Assembly (NCBI GenBank): GCA_946548575.1
Contig: CAMNPT010000004.1
Coordinates: forward strand, 1-55,636
Source of the DNA: an uncultured Clostridium sp.
Lineage (GTDB): Bacteria; Bacillota; Clostridia; TANB77; CAG-508
DNA length: 55,636 nt
Direction of reading: 5' to 3'
The notes below the pieces were generated by a model. The model searched no databases and was not told the origin of the DNA. It saw nothing but the letters and a program-made list of their open reading frames with translations. Positions 8,845 to 18,765 of this stretch are shown here, piece by piece; the first letter of the stretch is position 1; every line of letters starts with the position of its first letter. Made by a program: the position numbers and the translations under genes.

Positions 8845-11095
8845 TTACATTTCAAGTCCATTACCTTTTCTTTTTTGGCTTCTATTATCTTGCTCATTTC
8901 TATAATCTACTATTGCTTGATTTCTTTGCCTTTCATTTTCTTCAAGTAATCTTTGTTCTTCTTGTGATAATCCACCTTGTCTGCTTCTATTAAATATTGC
9001 TCTTGACCTATTCTGACTCTTTATATCCATCTCTTGACTCTGTTTCTCTCTTGTTGCAATTTTGCTACCCCATATTCCTTTTTTTACTTCTCCAATTCCT
9101 ATTTCTTGCTCTATTGCTTGTCCCTTTGCTTGTTCTTCTCCTTTTTGAGTTCTTGATGGTCTAATTATTTCTCCAAATTCGTTTATTTCAAATTCCGATT
9201 CTGTCCTTGCATCTTCTTGTCTAAAATCTGGAATTTGTTTCATTACATCTTCAACTTCACTCTCTACCATACTATCTTCCATTGAGTAATCATATATAAC
9301 CTCACTTGTAGATTTTGCTAATTTATTTTCCATTCTTGCATCATCATTTTGCATTTTATAAAAATCATATACTATTTTCAAACTTGCTGGATTAAATAAT
9401 AAATTTCTTGCTATTTCTTCAGAGTGTTTATATTTATCTTCAGATATTGTTTTATATATTTTTTCTGTATCAATAGTTCCATTTTCTCTCATTGATTTTC
9501 CAACTAATTCTCCAAGTTTGTTAAATATTCTTTCACTTGGCTCATTAAATGCGTATGTAATTCCTTTTATTTCTTCATCTGCTAGCCACTTTGTACCACC
9601 TGCTACTCCTCCCCATATTGCTGCAAATTTTCCCATTGTTTTAATTTGTGGATCAGTTATTTCTTTTCCTGTTTTTCTATCTTTAACATAAAGTTGGCTG
9701 TAATTATCATTTTTATAAAATATATCAAATTTTTGATATATATTTTTTAAATCTTGAAAACTTATCTTTTCTCCTTTTTGAGTTCTAACCGCTTCTAATG
9801 GAACATTTTCCCCACTTTCACATTCTTCAAGTGAACTTAAAATCGTATATCCATTTTCTTTTGCCATAACTTTTACAGCAGATAGTGATTTTTTTCTATC
9901 TAACGCTGTTTTTTCCCCATCTCCAAAACTCAAATCACTATCTTGTTCTAAATTATCACATACTCTTTTTACATTATTTCCAAACGCTTCTTTTGAATAT
10001 CCTTTTTCTTTAAAATATATTTGCGATAATACTTTTTCTTTTAAGTTTTCATCTTCAATAATAAATGGATTATTTCCTGTTGTTTGTATAGTTCCATCCT
10101 CTGATATATTCACTAACTTACTGCAATCTTGTGATTTATAGATATCTATAACAAATTGTTTTTCTTTCTCTGTTTGTTTCACTCCTTTATTTATCCATTT
10201 TATCTGTTCTTCCAGTTCTTTTGGTGTCATATTTGAATATCTTACAATAGTATCAGATATTTTTCTTAAAACTTCTGGCTCATCTTTCAATGAATCAAAT
10301 ATATCGTGCAAATATTTTCCGTTGCTCATCTTTTGAAAAACTTTTTAGTTTTGGTATTACTATTTCAGCACATACTTTATCATATACCAAATCTAGCATT
10401 TTTTCTCGTATTGGTTGCATTATAGTTTGATAATATTTATCTCTATTATCTTTTGGTACATCAGTATACATATAATATGTAGAAGTTAAATACTTGTTTA
10501 TATCACTATAAAAATCGCCGTTTTGTGATAATCCATTACAAGCATTTTCTAATGCTTTTGAATGATTAAAATAAGCATCTAAACTAACATTTTCTCCAAA
10601 TGTTACATCTAAAATCTTTGCTACCTTTTTGTAATCTTTATATTTGTTATCAGAATTAGGACTAACTGTATATCCCCAAATTTTCTCTGTGAACATCTGT
10701 GTCATCCCCTCATTTAGCCCTCTATTTTGGTCTGTTTCTCTAATTCCTGTTTGTCCATTAAATCTAGCACCAGAATGTATCAATTCGTGTGTTAGTTGTG
10801 TTCTTATAAGTTTTTTAACATTTCCATCAATTCCTATTGGATTATCATTTTCATCTAATTCTGCAAAACTTTTATCAATCATTATTTCATTTGGTCTATT
10901 AGGTTTTTCGGAACGGCTTTGCATTCTTGCTCCACCATTCTCGATTGAATTTTCAACATATAGTCCTGCAACTTTATCTAAATTTTTTCTTATAAAATCT
11001 GCATTTTCAAATCCTTTATTCCATAAATAATTTTGTATTTTATCTTTTAATTGTTCTAAAACTCTTTTGTCCATTTCTTTTCTATAAATACCCAT
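8845..11095 (-). CDS. Zn-metallopeptidase (HEXXH) domain protein of about 749 aa, joined by a +1 shift at CGG 10319-10321
   Basis: THELIH...GLNEGMTQ in ORF 10295-11095; skipping base 10321 gives ...KDEQ-GKYLHD... continuing into ORF 8845-10329. Confidence 0.6.
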
Positions 11096-11104
11096 AAACT
11101 ACTC

Positions 11105-11563
11105 CTAATTCTTTTTGAAAAATTTTGTAATCTTTTCTAAAATTCTTTTAAATATCCCCTGCTTTTTATATTCCACAAGTGATATACTTTGTGCTTCATC
11201 AGTATTATCACTACTTAACTCATTATTTTTTCTATTTTTAAATAAATTGTCTGGATTATATTTTTCCTCTAACTCTCTCTTTTCTTCTTCATTTTTAGCC
11301 ATTTCATCTATAAACATTTGCTTTTCTTCTTCACTATCACACCAATAATTTATATTTAATATTGCTAATAATACCATTGTTTCTCTTTTTAAATTCTGTT
11401 CTGTTAGTAGCTTTCCAATTTCTATTTTAGGATTATAATCTGGCATTTTTTCTTCTTTAAAGAAACTTCTTATTTTTTCTGGTACACGTTCTCTATACTC
11501 TTTTTCTAATAAATTCAATATTTCATCTACTTCTGCATAGGCTAACATATTATCCTTTAACAT
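11105..11563 (-). CDS. Conserved small helical protein, paralog B
   Basis: Paralog of 6536-7009; start at ATG 11563 after GGAGGAG. Confidence 0.8.
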   Translation of the reverse strand: MLKDNMLAYAEVDEILNLLEKEYRERVPEKIRSFFKEEKMPDYNPKIEIGKLLTEQNLKRETMVLLAILNINYWCDSEEEKQMFIDEMAKNEEEKRELEEKYNPDNLFKNRKNNELSSDNTDEAQSISLVEYKKQGIFKRILEKITKFFKKN

Positions 11564-11717
11564 TTGTACTCCTCCATAATTATTTTGTATGTATTTATCC
11601 AATATAATTTATATCATTTTTGACGTTTTTTATCAATAGATTTGCAAGAAAAAATTTATACTTTTTTTCATATTTTTATTCTTATTTTTCTAAAAAAATA
11701 GAATAGTATAAAATATA

Positions 11718-12191
11718 CTACTCTACATTTATTCTATCATCTATTATATGTTTTATTTTTTCTTCATTATTAAGCATAACATCAATATTTTTAGGATGTA
11801 TTTTATATCTTTTTAATTCACTTATTTTTATCCATTTAAAATTTATCCAATCCGTTTCTATGCTTTTAAAACTCTCATCACTTATTTCTCCATTATACAA
11901 ACTTTCATAGATTAAAGTTATCTGATGAACATTAAGTCCTTTGTCTTCTAATATTTCCTCGCTTACTCCTATTAAATTATATTCTAAATTATCATAACCT
12001 AATTCTTCTTTAATTTCTCTCTTTATAGCATTTTTACTCTGTTCTAATTCTTGTACTTTTCCCCCTGGCAACATATAATAATCTCTATCGTCTCCATAAA
12101 ATAATAATATTCTTGATTTGTCTGAATTATATATTATATCCGATGTTCTATATATAAATTGAAATTTATCGTTTTTATATTTTATATCCAT
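11718..12191 (-). CDS. NUDIX hydrolase
   Basis: Nudix box PGGKVQELEQSKNAIKREIKEELG. Confidence 0.9.
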   Translation of the reverse strand: MDIKYKNDKFQFIYRTSDIIYNSDKSRILLFYGDDRDYYMLPGGKVQELEQSKNAIKREIKEELGYDNLEYNLIGVSEEILEDKGLNVHQITLIYESLYNGEISDESFKSIETDWINFKWIKISELKRYKIHPKNIDVMLNNEEKIKHIIDDRINVE

Positions 12192-12250
12192 TTTTTTACT
12201 CCTATCTAATTTATACTATAACTTTTTATCATCTTCTTGTTCCTTGTTTT

Positions 12251-12279
12251 TTGACTTTTTCCTTGAAAAATGGTATAAT
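12251..12279 (+). promoter_or_regulatory. Sigma-A promoter with extended -10
   Basis: TTGACT-17 bp-TATAAT with TGn. Confidence 0.75.
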
Positions 12280-12363
12280 TAAAGGTGAATAACACGCTTT
12301 ACTCCATTTTTCATAAAGAGTGTTAGCAACCAATAGTAAAAATAATTTTTTTGGAGGTAAATT

Positions 12364-12651
12364 ATGCTTAAAGAAAACATCGATTATGAAAGACTTTGCA
12401 ACGCAATCGGAATTACTGATGGTATTAGAGAGTGCTTAGAAGCGTCTGAGTGCATTTCCACTTTGGTAGATGATGTTCACACTTATTCCAATTATGATGA
12501 AATTGCTATGGATTGTAAAGACAGAAACTCCACTATGGAAAATCCCAAGGATTTTTATGGTACTCGCATTCTTAAAGCTCTCGACTTTGTTTTTTTTGGC
12601 AAATCCAAAGAAGAAATTGCTGTTGCCCTTTCTGGAATTACAACTGAATAA
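12364..12651 (+). CDS. Orphan hypothetical protein (GC-elevated cassette 1)
   Basis: GGAGG RBS, own promoter and terminator, GC higher than flanks. Confidence 0.75.
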   Translation: MLKENIDYERLCNAIGITDGIRECLEASECISTLVDDVHTYSNYDEIAMDCKDRNSTMENPKDFYGTRILKALDFVFFGKSKEEIAVALSGITTE

Positions 12652-12660
12652 GCATAAGTA

Positions 12661-12708
12661 AAAAAGATTTATCTTTTTCCATCTCATTTATAGAGGTGGT
12701 TTTCTTTT
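12661..12708 (+). terminator. Double-hairpin terminator of cassette 1
   Basis: aaaaagat/atcttttt, then ccatctc/gaggtgg, then a T-tract. Confidence 0.65.
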
Positions 12709-12729
12709 ATAATGTATGTTTTATAATTC

Positions 12730-14328
12730 TCAATTTATAATTATTTCTTTCATCATATGATTTTCAAATATATAATGTTTATTGCATAATTCTCTTAATT
12801 TTTGCCTATGCGTCACTATAACATATGTTTTATCACTTAAATATTTTGCAATCATATTCGTAATTTTTTCTTCAGATAAAACATCTAAATTTGAAGTAGG
12901 CTCATCAAAGAAATATAAGTCTTTATCTATTAAAATTCCTCTAATTAAATTTAACCTTTGTTTTTGCCCTGCCGATAATTTTATTCCTCTTTCTCCTACC
13001 ATTGTATCAAGTCCCTGTGGTAATTCTTTATACCATTCATTTAATCCTGCTTCTTTTATTAACTCTAATATTTTTTCATCTGATATATCTTTCCCTAAAC
13101 ACAAGTTATCTCTTATACTTAAATCAAATAAATCAACTTCTTGTGATACAAAAACTAAATCTAATCTTGTATCTTTCATTTGTTTATTATTTATCGACAT
13201 TGTTCCATTGTCTAAAGGATATAGCCCTGCAAGTATATTCATTATAGTTGTTTTTCCTTGTCCAGATTCTCCCATTATGCTTATTTTTTCGCCCTTTTTC
13301 AATATGAATTCTGGTATTTTTATCTTAGTAGAGCCTTTTGTATAAGAGAATATAATATTTTGTAATTTTATCTCATTAAAATCTTTTAATACTTTTATTT
13401 CTTTACTATATTTAAAATATTCATCTAATTGTTTTTTTGATGTTTTAAATCTTTCACTTATATCAATCAATCTAACTAAACTATTTAAATTTGAGTATAA
13501 TTTTCCCAACGCTGTTATAAAGAATAATATATATGGAAGTGCATCTTCTCCATTCTTGGTCATCATAATAGCAACAATTAAAATAACTAAATATAGCAAA
13601 TCCATTAAACCTGTAAATACACCATTTGCTGATGACCTTTTTCTCTCATTTAGTTTTGTTGCCTTCAAGTATTCATTTGAATTTTCTGCAATTTTATTTT
13701 CACAGAAATCTCCAATATTTAATTTTCTTACAGCTATGATATTTTGAATAAAATCAATAAGTTTTGCATTATATTTTGAAGATGCTTCATTTGTATTTTT
13801 TTGATATTTTTGCATGTTTTTAATCATTTTATATTTTGAAAATACTGCTAATGCAGATATTATAATACATATCAAACCAGTAAAAACTGACTCTTTACAA
13901 ATCATTATAAGTATTGATATTCCACCTATTATCAATGGAATTACACTTATTTCAAACTGCCAAGTCATTTCAAAGAAATAGTTTGAAACATTTGTTATTA
14001 ACTTATGTATATATCCTGTATGAATATTTGAAATTTGTTCCATAGTCATAGATTGCAATTTTCTAAAATAGTATTTTTCTATTGCTGTTTGAGTTTTGAT
14101 TTCGTTTATATTATCTATATATGAACCAATTTTTCCAGTAATTAATTTTATCAATTCAATAGACATTAATACTATTGTTAAAATAACCAGTTTATTCAAT
14201 AATAATGGGCTTGTACCGAAATAAGATAATGCAAAAGACTCCCCATAATCTGCAATAGAATATATTGTATTAACTATAATAGACCATATAAATAGTTTTT
14301 TTGCTACTATCTTTAATAATTCTTTCAT
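12730..14328 (-). CDS. ABC exporter, fused permease and ATPase
   Basis: N-terminal TMs, Walker A GESGQGKT, LSAGQKQR signature, DEPTSNLD. Confidence 0.92.
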   Translation of the reverse strand: MKELLKIVAKKLFIWSIIVNTIYSIADYGESFALSYFGTSPLLLNKLVILTIVLMSIELIKLITGKIGSYIDNINEIKTQTAIEKYYFRKLQSMTMEQISNIHTGYIHKLITNVSNYFFEMTWQFEISVIPLIIGGISILIMICKESVFTGLICIIISALAVFSKYKMIKNMQKYQKNTNEASSKYNAKLIDFIQNIIAVRKLNIGDFCENKIAENSNEYLKATKLNERKRSSANGVFTGLMDLLYLVILIVAIMMTKNGEDALPYILFFITALGKLYSNLNSLVRLIDISERFKTSKKQLDEYFKYSKEIKVLKDFNEIKLQNIIFSYTKGSTKIKIPEFILKKGEKISIMGESGQGKTTIMNILAGLYPLDNGTMSINNKQMKDTRLDLVFVSQEVDLFDLSIRDNLCLGKDISDEKILELIKEAGLNEWYKELPQGLDTMVGERGIKLSAGQKQRLNLIRGILIDKDLYFFDEPTSNLDVLSEEKITNMIAKYLSDKTYVIVTHRQKLRELCNKHYIFENHMMKEIIIN

Positions 14329-14586
14329 TTATCTTTCTCCTCTTTGTCTAATGTACCAATCATCTATTTCTCTTTCTATATCTTTGCTTTTATTAGAATT
14401 TGTTTTATTATTTATTTCTGTTGCTTTAACTAGAATATTTTGACTTTTATAAAACTCTTTTGTAATAACTGCATTTGGATATTTTTGTTTTAATTTATAC
14501 ATATATTCTTTTATATGTTCTTCCATATTTTCTTTACAATTATAATCTTCCAGCATAAATATTTTAGATTCTAATTCTCTTTCCAA
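14329..14586 (-). CDS. Hypothetical protein
   Basis: TTG start after GGAGGAG; abuts the ABC gene start. Confidence 0.6.
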   Translation of the reverse strand: MERELESKIFMLEDYNCKENMEEHIKEYMYKLKQKYPNAVITKEFYKSQNILVKATEINNKTNSNKSKDIEREIDDWYIRQRGER

Positions 14587-14825
14587 CTTTGCTCCTCCAT
14601 AATTAAAATTCTTGTGTGTTTCTATACAATATATTTTATATCATTTTTATTGCTTTTTATCAATAGATTAATAAGAAAAAACTATTGTCCTTATGATTCC
14701 TCATTTTTTAAAGAATTTAAAATTTTTTAGATTTTTTTCAAAAAAGTGTGTACATTTTTTTAATTTTAGTGTATAAATTAAGTATGAGAAAGAATAATAT
14801 ATATTATAAATACTATTTATTTAAT

Positions 14826-14910
14826 GGGTCTGAAATAGTTTACTAGATTAGGACCTGACCCGCACTGAACGCCAAGCGTCAGTAAAAGCCATTCATGCGA
14901 ATGGCTTTTA
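14826..14910 (+). ncRNA. Candidate structured small RNA ending in a terminator
   Basis: GC-rich non-coding island: gggtc/gaccc stem, actga-cgc/gcg-tcagt hairpin and aaaagccattc/gaatggctttt terminator; upstream TGTACA-17-TATAAA. Confidence 0.4.
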
Positions 14911-14914
14911 AAGT

Positions 14915-16406
14915 TTATTTTATTTTCCAGTATCCTTTTTTATCAGATCCAACACGTTCAATATAGTTTTTATTTTTTAATGTTTTTATGTTCAAAGTTA
15001 TTGTTGATCGAGATAAATTCAACTTATCTGCCATGATTTTTTGTGTTATCTTAGGATTTTCTTTCATTAATTCAATTATTCTAAGTTGTGTTTGATTCAA
15101 ATTTTCTGTATAGTTTTCTGTATAATTTTCTGTATAGTTTTCTGTATAGTTCTGTATAATATCATGCTTATTTTCTTTTCTGAAAATAACTTTAAAATCT
15201 CCTCTTAAAGATACAAATTCAGGTTGAGGTAATCCCATCTTTTTCATTTCTTCTCTCATTGTAGCAATACCAGTATGTCTATTTTCAATGATATTTCCCC
15301 TTTCTTCAAGCAATCTAACAATATTTTTGTTTCTTGCTTCTAGCATCATATCAGTACCCAAATTTTCTATTCTATTATTACCATATAAATCTCCTGGATT
15401 AATTATTTCAATTCTATCATTATATATTTGAACATAAATATATGCACTTTCTCTACTTATACTTATAGTCCCTGTGTATTAAAGCATTTGCAACAGCCTC
15501 TCTTAACGCTTTCATTGGATATTCTGGTATATCCTCTCTTTTTCCATTATTGTCTATAATTACTTTTGTACCAATATTTCTTCTAATAAAAGCTAAAGTT
15601 TGATCTAACATTTCATCTAATGTTCCCTCAACTCTTTTATTGTCATCAAATCTTTGTCCCATTTCACCCACATCGCCTAATTTTATACCTGGAACTACAA
15701 TACACGCAACAAATAGTTGTTGTAAAAAAGCTTGTGGATATTCTCCAAACATCATAATTCCAGATAGTGTTGGATAAATTGTGCCTGTACTATTATCTAT
15801 AATACCACTCAATTTTAATATTTTTTCATCAGAAAATTTTGCAAAGTTTGGTTTATCTCTCTTAACTTTTTCTAAATATGCATTTATTTTTTCTTTATCT
15901 AAATCATCTATTGTTGCTCGTTTAATAGGTCTTAAATCTTCTTGAATTCCATCTTTATAACTTTGTAGACAATATATTTCATATTCTGTCATAGGCTCGT
16001 CTGAATCTCCTATTCTTATATATGAACCTTTATGCATACCAGCATTTTTATTATAACACGGTTTTTGATTTTGTGGAATTTCATATATTTTTACTGCTAA
16101 CAATTTTTTTCCATTATAAATAATAGGTAAAAATTCTGGTCTTATTTTAGGCTCCATTACATTAGTACATAATGCTGTAACTTGCTTTTGCAAATCATTT
16201 ACATCATATACGTCTTGTTCTATGAAATTATTATTCTCATTTATTCCAAATATTATAATTCCACCATATTTATTTGAAAATCCAGAAATTGTATCATAAC
16301 ATTTTTTTGGAAAATCAATTTCTGCGGTTTTAGCTTCAATTCTATCAGTTTCTGTTTGATATTTTTGCATATATTTTATTGCATCAATTACTTCTTGTTC
16401 TGTCAT
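14915..16406 (-). pseudogene. AlbA_2 (Schlafen-like) + RecG-C-like ATP-binding + wHTH protein, frameshifted after HRDY
   Basis: IEAK...TISGFSNKYGGIIIFG, ALREAVANALIHRDY; one extra A in gactat-a-agt, whose removal restores YSISRESAYIYVQIYNDRIEIINPG into ORF 14915-15361 (GIATM, HTH, RVGSDKKGYW). Confidence 0.75.
15102..15159. repeat. 12-bp tandem repeat (about 4.8 copies) encoding NYTE
   Basis: ttttctgtata(g/a) units in the linker before the HTH. Confidence 0.85.
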
Positions 16407-16420
16407 ATATTTTCCTCCTT

Positions 16421-16848
16421 CTAATTAAAAAGACTCATTTGTCCAGTTTCTTCTTTTAATAGTATCTGCTTCGTATTAGAAAAGAAGTTTCCATTTGCTA
16501 ATAGTTTATCAAAATCTATTACATCAGAATAATATTCTTTTATTTCTTCTCGTAAGCTTTCTCTGGAGGTCATAGGAAAAAAACTAATACTTTGCCTATT
16601 AAAATAATGATAATGACTGTTTTTCTTCGCTGGAACACTTTCTTTATCAAAAGCAACTTATATTTTATAAGGTGCTTCAAAAGAAAATACACATTTTGCT
16701 TTTTCACTTTCTAATCTTCTCATATATTCATCAGTATTGCCTATCATTGTTGTAAGGTTTGATAATGTCAAATCTTATTGCTTTCTATATTTTCTTACAT
16801 TTTTCTAATAGTATCATAAATACTTTTACTAAAATAAACTCTTTTCAT
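16421..16848 (-). pseudogene. Degraded gene ending ETGQMSLFN*
   Basis: RBS and ATG at 16848 (MKRVYFSKSIYDTIRKM*), several stops and shifts, intact last codons. Confidence 0.45.
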
Positions 16849-17048
16849 CTCTAACTCCTTATATTATATATTTTAGAATAATAACAAATTTGATTCTGTG
16901 CACTATATGTTATAATCAAAAAAATAATTATTTTAAAAGAAAATATAAATAAATTGAAAAAAATAATTTAATTTTGTAAAAAAATGTAGATTTATATAAA
17001 AAAATATGATATAAATAAATTAAATTTTTATAAAAGGGGGAAATAAAA

Positions 17049-17879
17049 ATGGGAATTGCTTCAATGATATTAGGAATATTAAGTTTTTTAATTTCATTTA
17101 CTTTGTTTGCTGATTTATCTTTAATACTAGGTGTATTAAGTGCTGTATTAGGAATAATAGCAATTGTAAAGAAAAATGGAAAAGGTTTTGGGATTGCAGG
17201 TGTCGTTCTTTCAGTATTGGCAATAATAATTTTATTTAGTAATCCGACAAATACAGATGGTCAAACAGGAACAGGAATTACAACAGATAGTGGCAATGGA
17301 AATCCATCTAGGGTTAGTGTTTCAACACAAAATGTAGTAATAGAAAAAGTAGGTATAACAAAAGCAGGCGATTTTGTTATAAAAGTAACGAATAATAATG
17401 ATGGAGCTGTATGTTTAAGTTCTATCTCTACTGTATATAAAGATACTAGTGGTAATTTTATGGAAAAAGTTGAAGCAGGTGATGGTTTTATATGTATTCC
17501 AGCAAAATCTTCTACATTAGCATATAATTGGGGGTATGATAAAGACTTTACAAAGTATCCAAATTATGAATTTTCATGTGAATTAGCAAATATTTCAGAT
17601 AGTTTTGTGTATGATAATATTGATATAACTTCTAATAATACAGGAAAACAGATTGCTGTAACTCTAAAAAATAATACAGATAAAACTATAAATGATTGTA
17701 GAGTACTTGTTGCTTATTATCAAAATAATGAAATTGTTGGAGTTGAAACAGGATATTCTAGTGATACAACTTCAGCAGGTGCTAGTGCTTATATCAATGT
17801 TGATTATCCAGATGATTCAAATTATAAAGAAGTTTCATTTGATAAATATGAGGTTTATTACATAAATGCAGGAATATAG
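17049..17879 (+). CDS. Membrane-anchored protein (DUF4190-like TMs plus extracellular beta-rich domains)
   Basis: MGIASMILGI...GKGFGIAGVVLS N-terminus; Ig-like repeats (VKVTNNND, VTLKNNTD). Confidence 0.7.
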   Translation: MGIASMILGILSFLISFTLFADLSLILGVLSAVLGIIAIVKKNGKGFGIAGVVLSVLAIIILFSNPTNTDGQTGTGITTDSGNGNPSRVSVSTQNVVIEKVGITKAGDFVIKVTNNNDGAVCLSSISTVYKDTSGNFMEKVEAGDGFICIPAKSSTLAYNWGYDKDFTKYPNYEFSCELANISDSFVYDNIDITSNNTGKQIAVTLKNNTDKTINDCRVLVAYYQNNEIVGVETGYSSDTTSAGASAYINVDYPDDSNYKEVSFDKYEVYYINAGI

Positions 17880-17911
17880 TATAATACTTAAATGTAAATA
17901 AAAATATATAT

Positions 17912-17939
17912 AAACTAGAGAAAAAATCTCTAGTTTTTT
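17912..17939 (+). terminator. Intrinsic terminator
   Basis: aaactagag/ctctagttt plus T-run. Confidence 0.7.
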
Positions 17940-18049
17940 AAAATATAATATCAAATAGTAATGTAAATATGCTTTTTTGTGTATTTTTAAAATATAGATT
18001 TTATCAGTGTTTGATGAATATTCCTATAAGAACACTCCAACCAATCAAG

Positions 18050-18082
18050 AAAAACAGAGATTTCAAATTTCTCTGTTTTTTT
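18050..18082. terminator. Second hairpin terminator
   Basis: aaaaacagaga/tctctgttttt. Confidence 0.6.
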
Positions 18083-18127
18083 GTTTCATTAGAATTGTAA
18101 ATTACTTAAATATAGCAATTGAAATTT

Positions 18128-18156
18128 TTGACAATTTTATGTAAATATAGTATAAT
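18128..18156 (+). promoter_or_regulatory. Consensus sigma-A promoter
   Basis: TTGACA-17 bp-TATAAT. Confidence 0.85.
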
Positions 18157-18244
18157 TATAAGTGATGTAACTCTTTGAATTACTCCGTTACATCAGTAGC
18201 TATATCAACAATAGGACGCGTTATTACGCAAGGAGGAATCATCA

Positions 18245-18673
18245 ATGGCAAAATTTAAAAACGAAGGCTACTGCCCTAGCATCTGGGTCCCAAAAACATG
18301 GGATGAAAACACGGACAAGCGCCTAATCGGGCTTTGGTATCTCGTTGGAGATTCCATTGTTTACGAGATGGCAGACGAGTACAATTACCCTCTGGACACT
18401 ACAGCCTGTGACGAGATTTTTGGTGCGGACGTCATTGCTTACGATGTGCTTTCTGCCATCGTCAAGAAAAACGTTGCAGCCGATAAAATCAAGGTACGCC
18501 AGCTGCACAACGGAGCGTATAACACTCAGAAGATTTCTGATATTCAGAAGATTCTTCGTAAATCCATTAATCCCCTGCTAATTGTCCATGTAGGAAGTAA
18601 CTTCATTGTTGTCCTAGCAGACGCCGAGTATGGACTGGACGTATGGGTTTGGGACCTTCGCACTGTCTTGTAA
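18245..18673 (+). CDS. Orphan hypothetical protein (GC-elevated cassette 2)
   Basis: AGGAGG RBS, consensus promoter, own terminator; hand-counted 60-mers are 35-48% GC. Confidence 0.8.
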   Translation: MAKFKNEGYCPSIWVPKTWDENTDKRLIGLWYLVGDSIVYEMADEYNYPLDTTACDEIFGADVIAYDVLSAIVKKNVAADKIKVRQLHNGAYNTQKISDIQKILRKSINPLLIVHVGSNFIVVLADAEYGLDVWVWDLRTVL

Positions 18674-18688
18674 AACACAATCCATAAA

Positions 18689-18736
18689 AAAAGAAAAATG
18701 TATTTTCTTTTCCTCGAAAGAGGTTTTTCTTTTTTT
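18689..18736 (+). terminator. Double-hairpin terminator of cassette 2
   Basis: aaaagaaaa/ttttctttt, then cctc-gaaa-gagg, then a T-tract. Confidence 0.65.
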
Positions 18737-18765
18737 ATTTATTTTATTGAAATTATATCCTAACC

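Noticed and set aside
18030-18048. actccaacca before a terminator as a tRNA-derived attR
   Set aside because: It does not match the tRNA end at 1-12 and has no tRNA-like upstream structure.
18420-18429. ttggtgcgga, reverse complement of part of the tRNA end at 1-12, as a second att site
   Set aside because: Only 10 bp, inverted rather than direct, and inside an intact ORF; likely chance.
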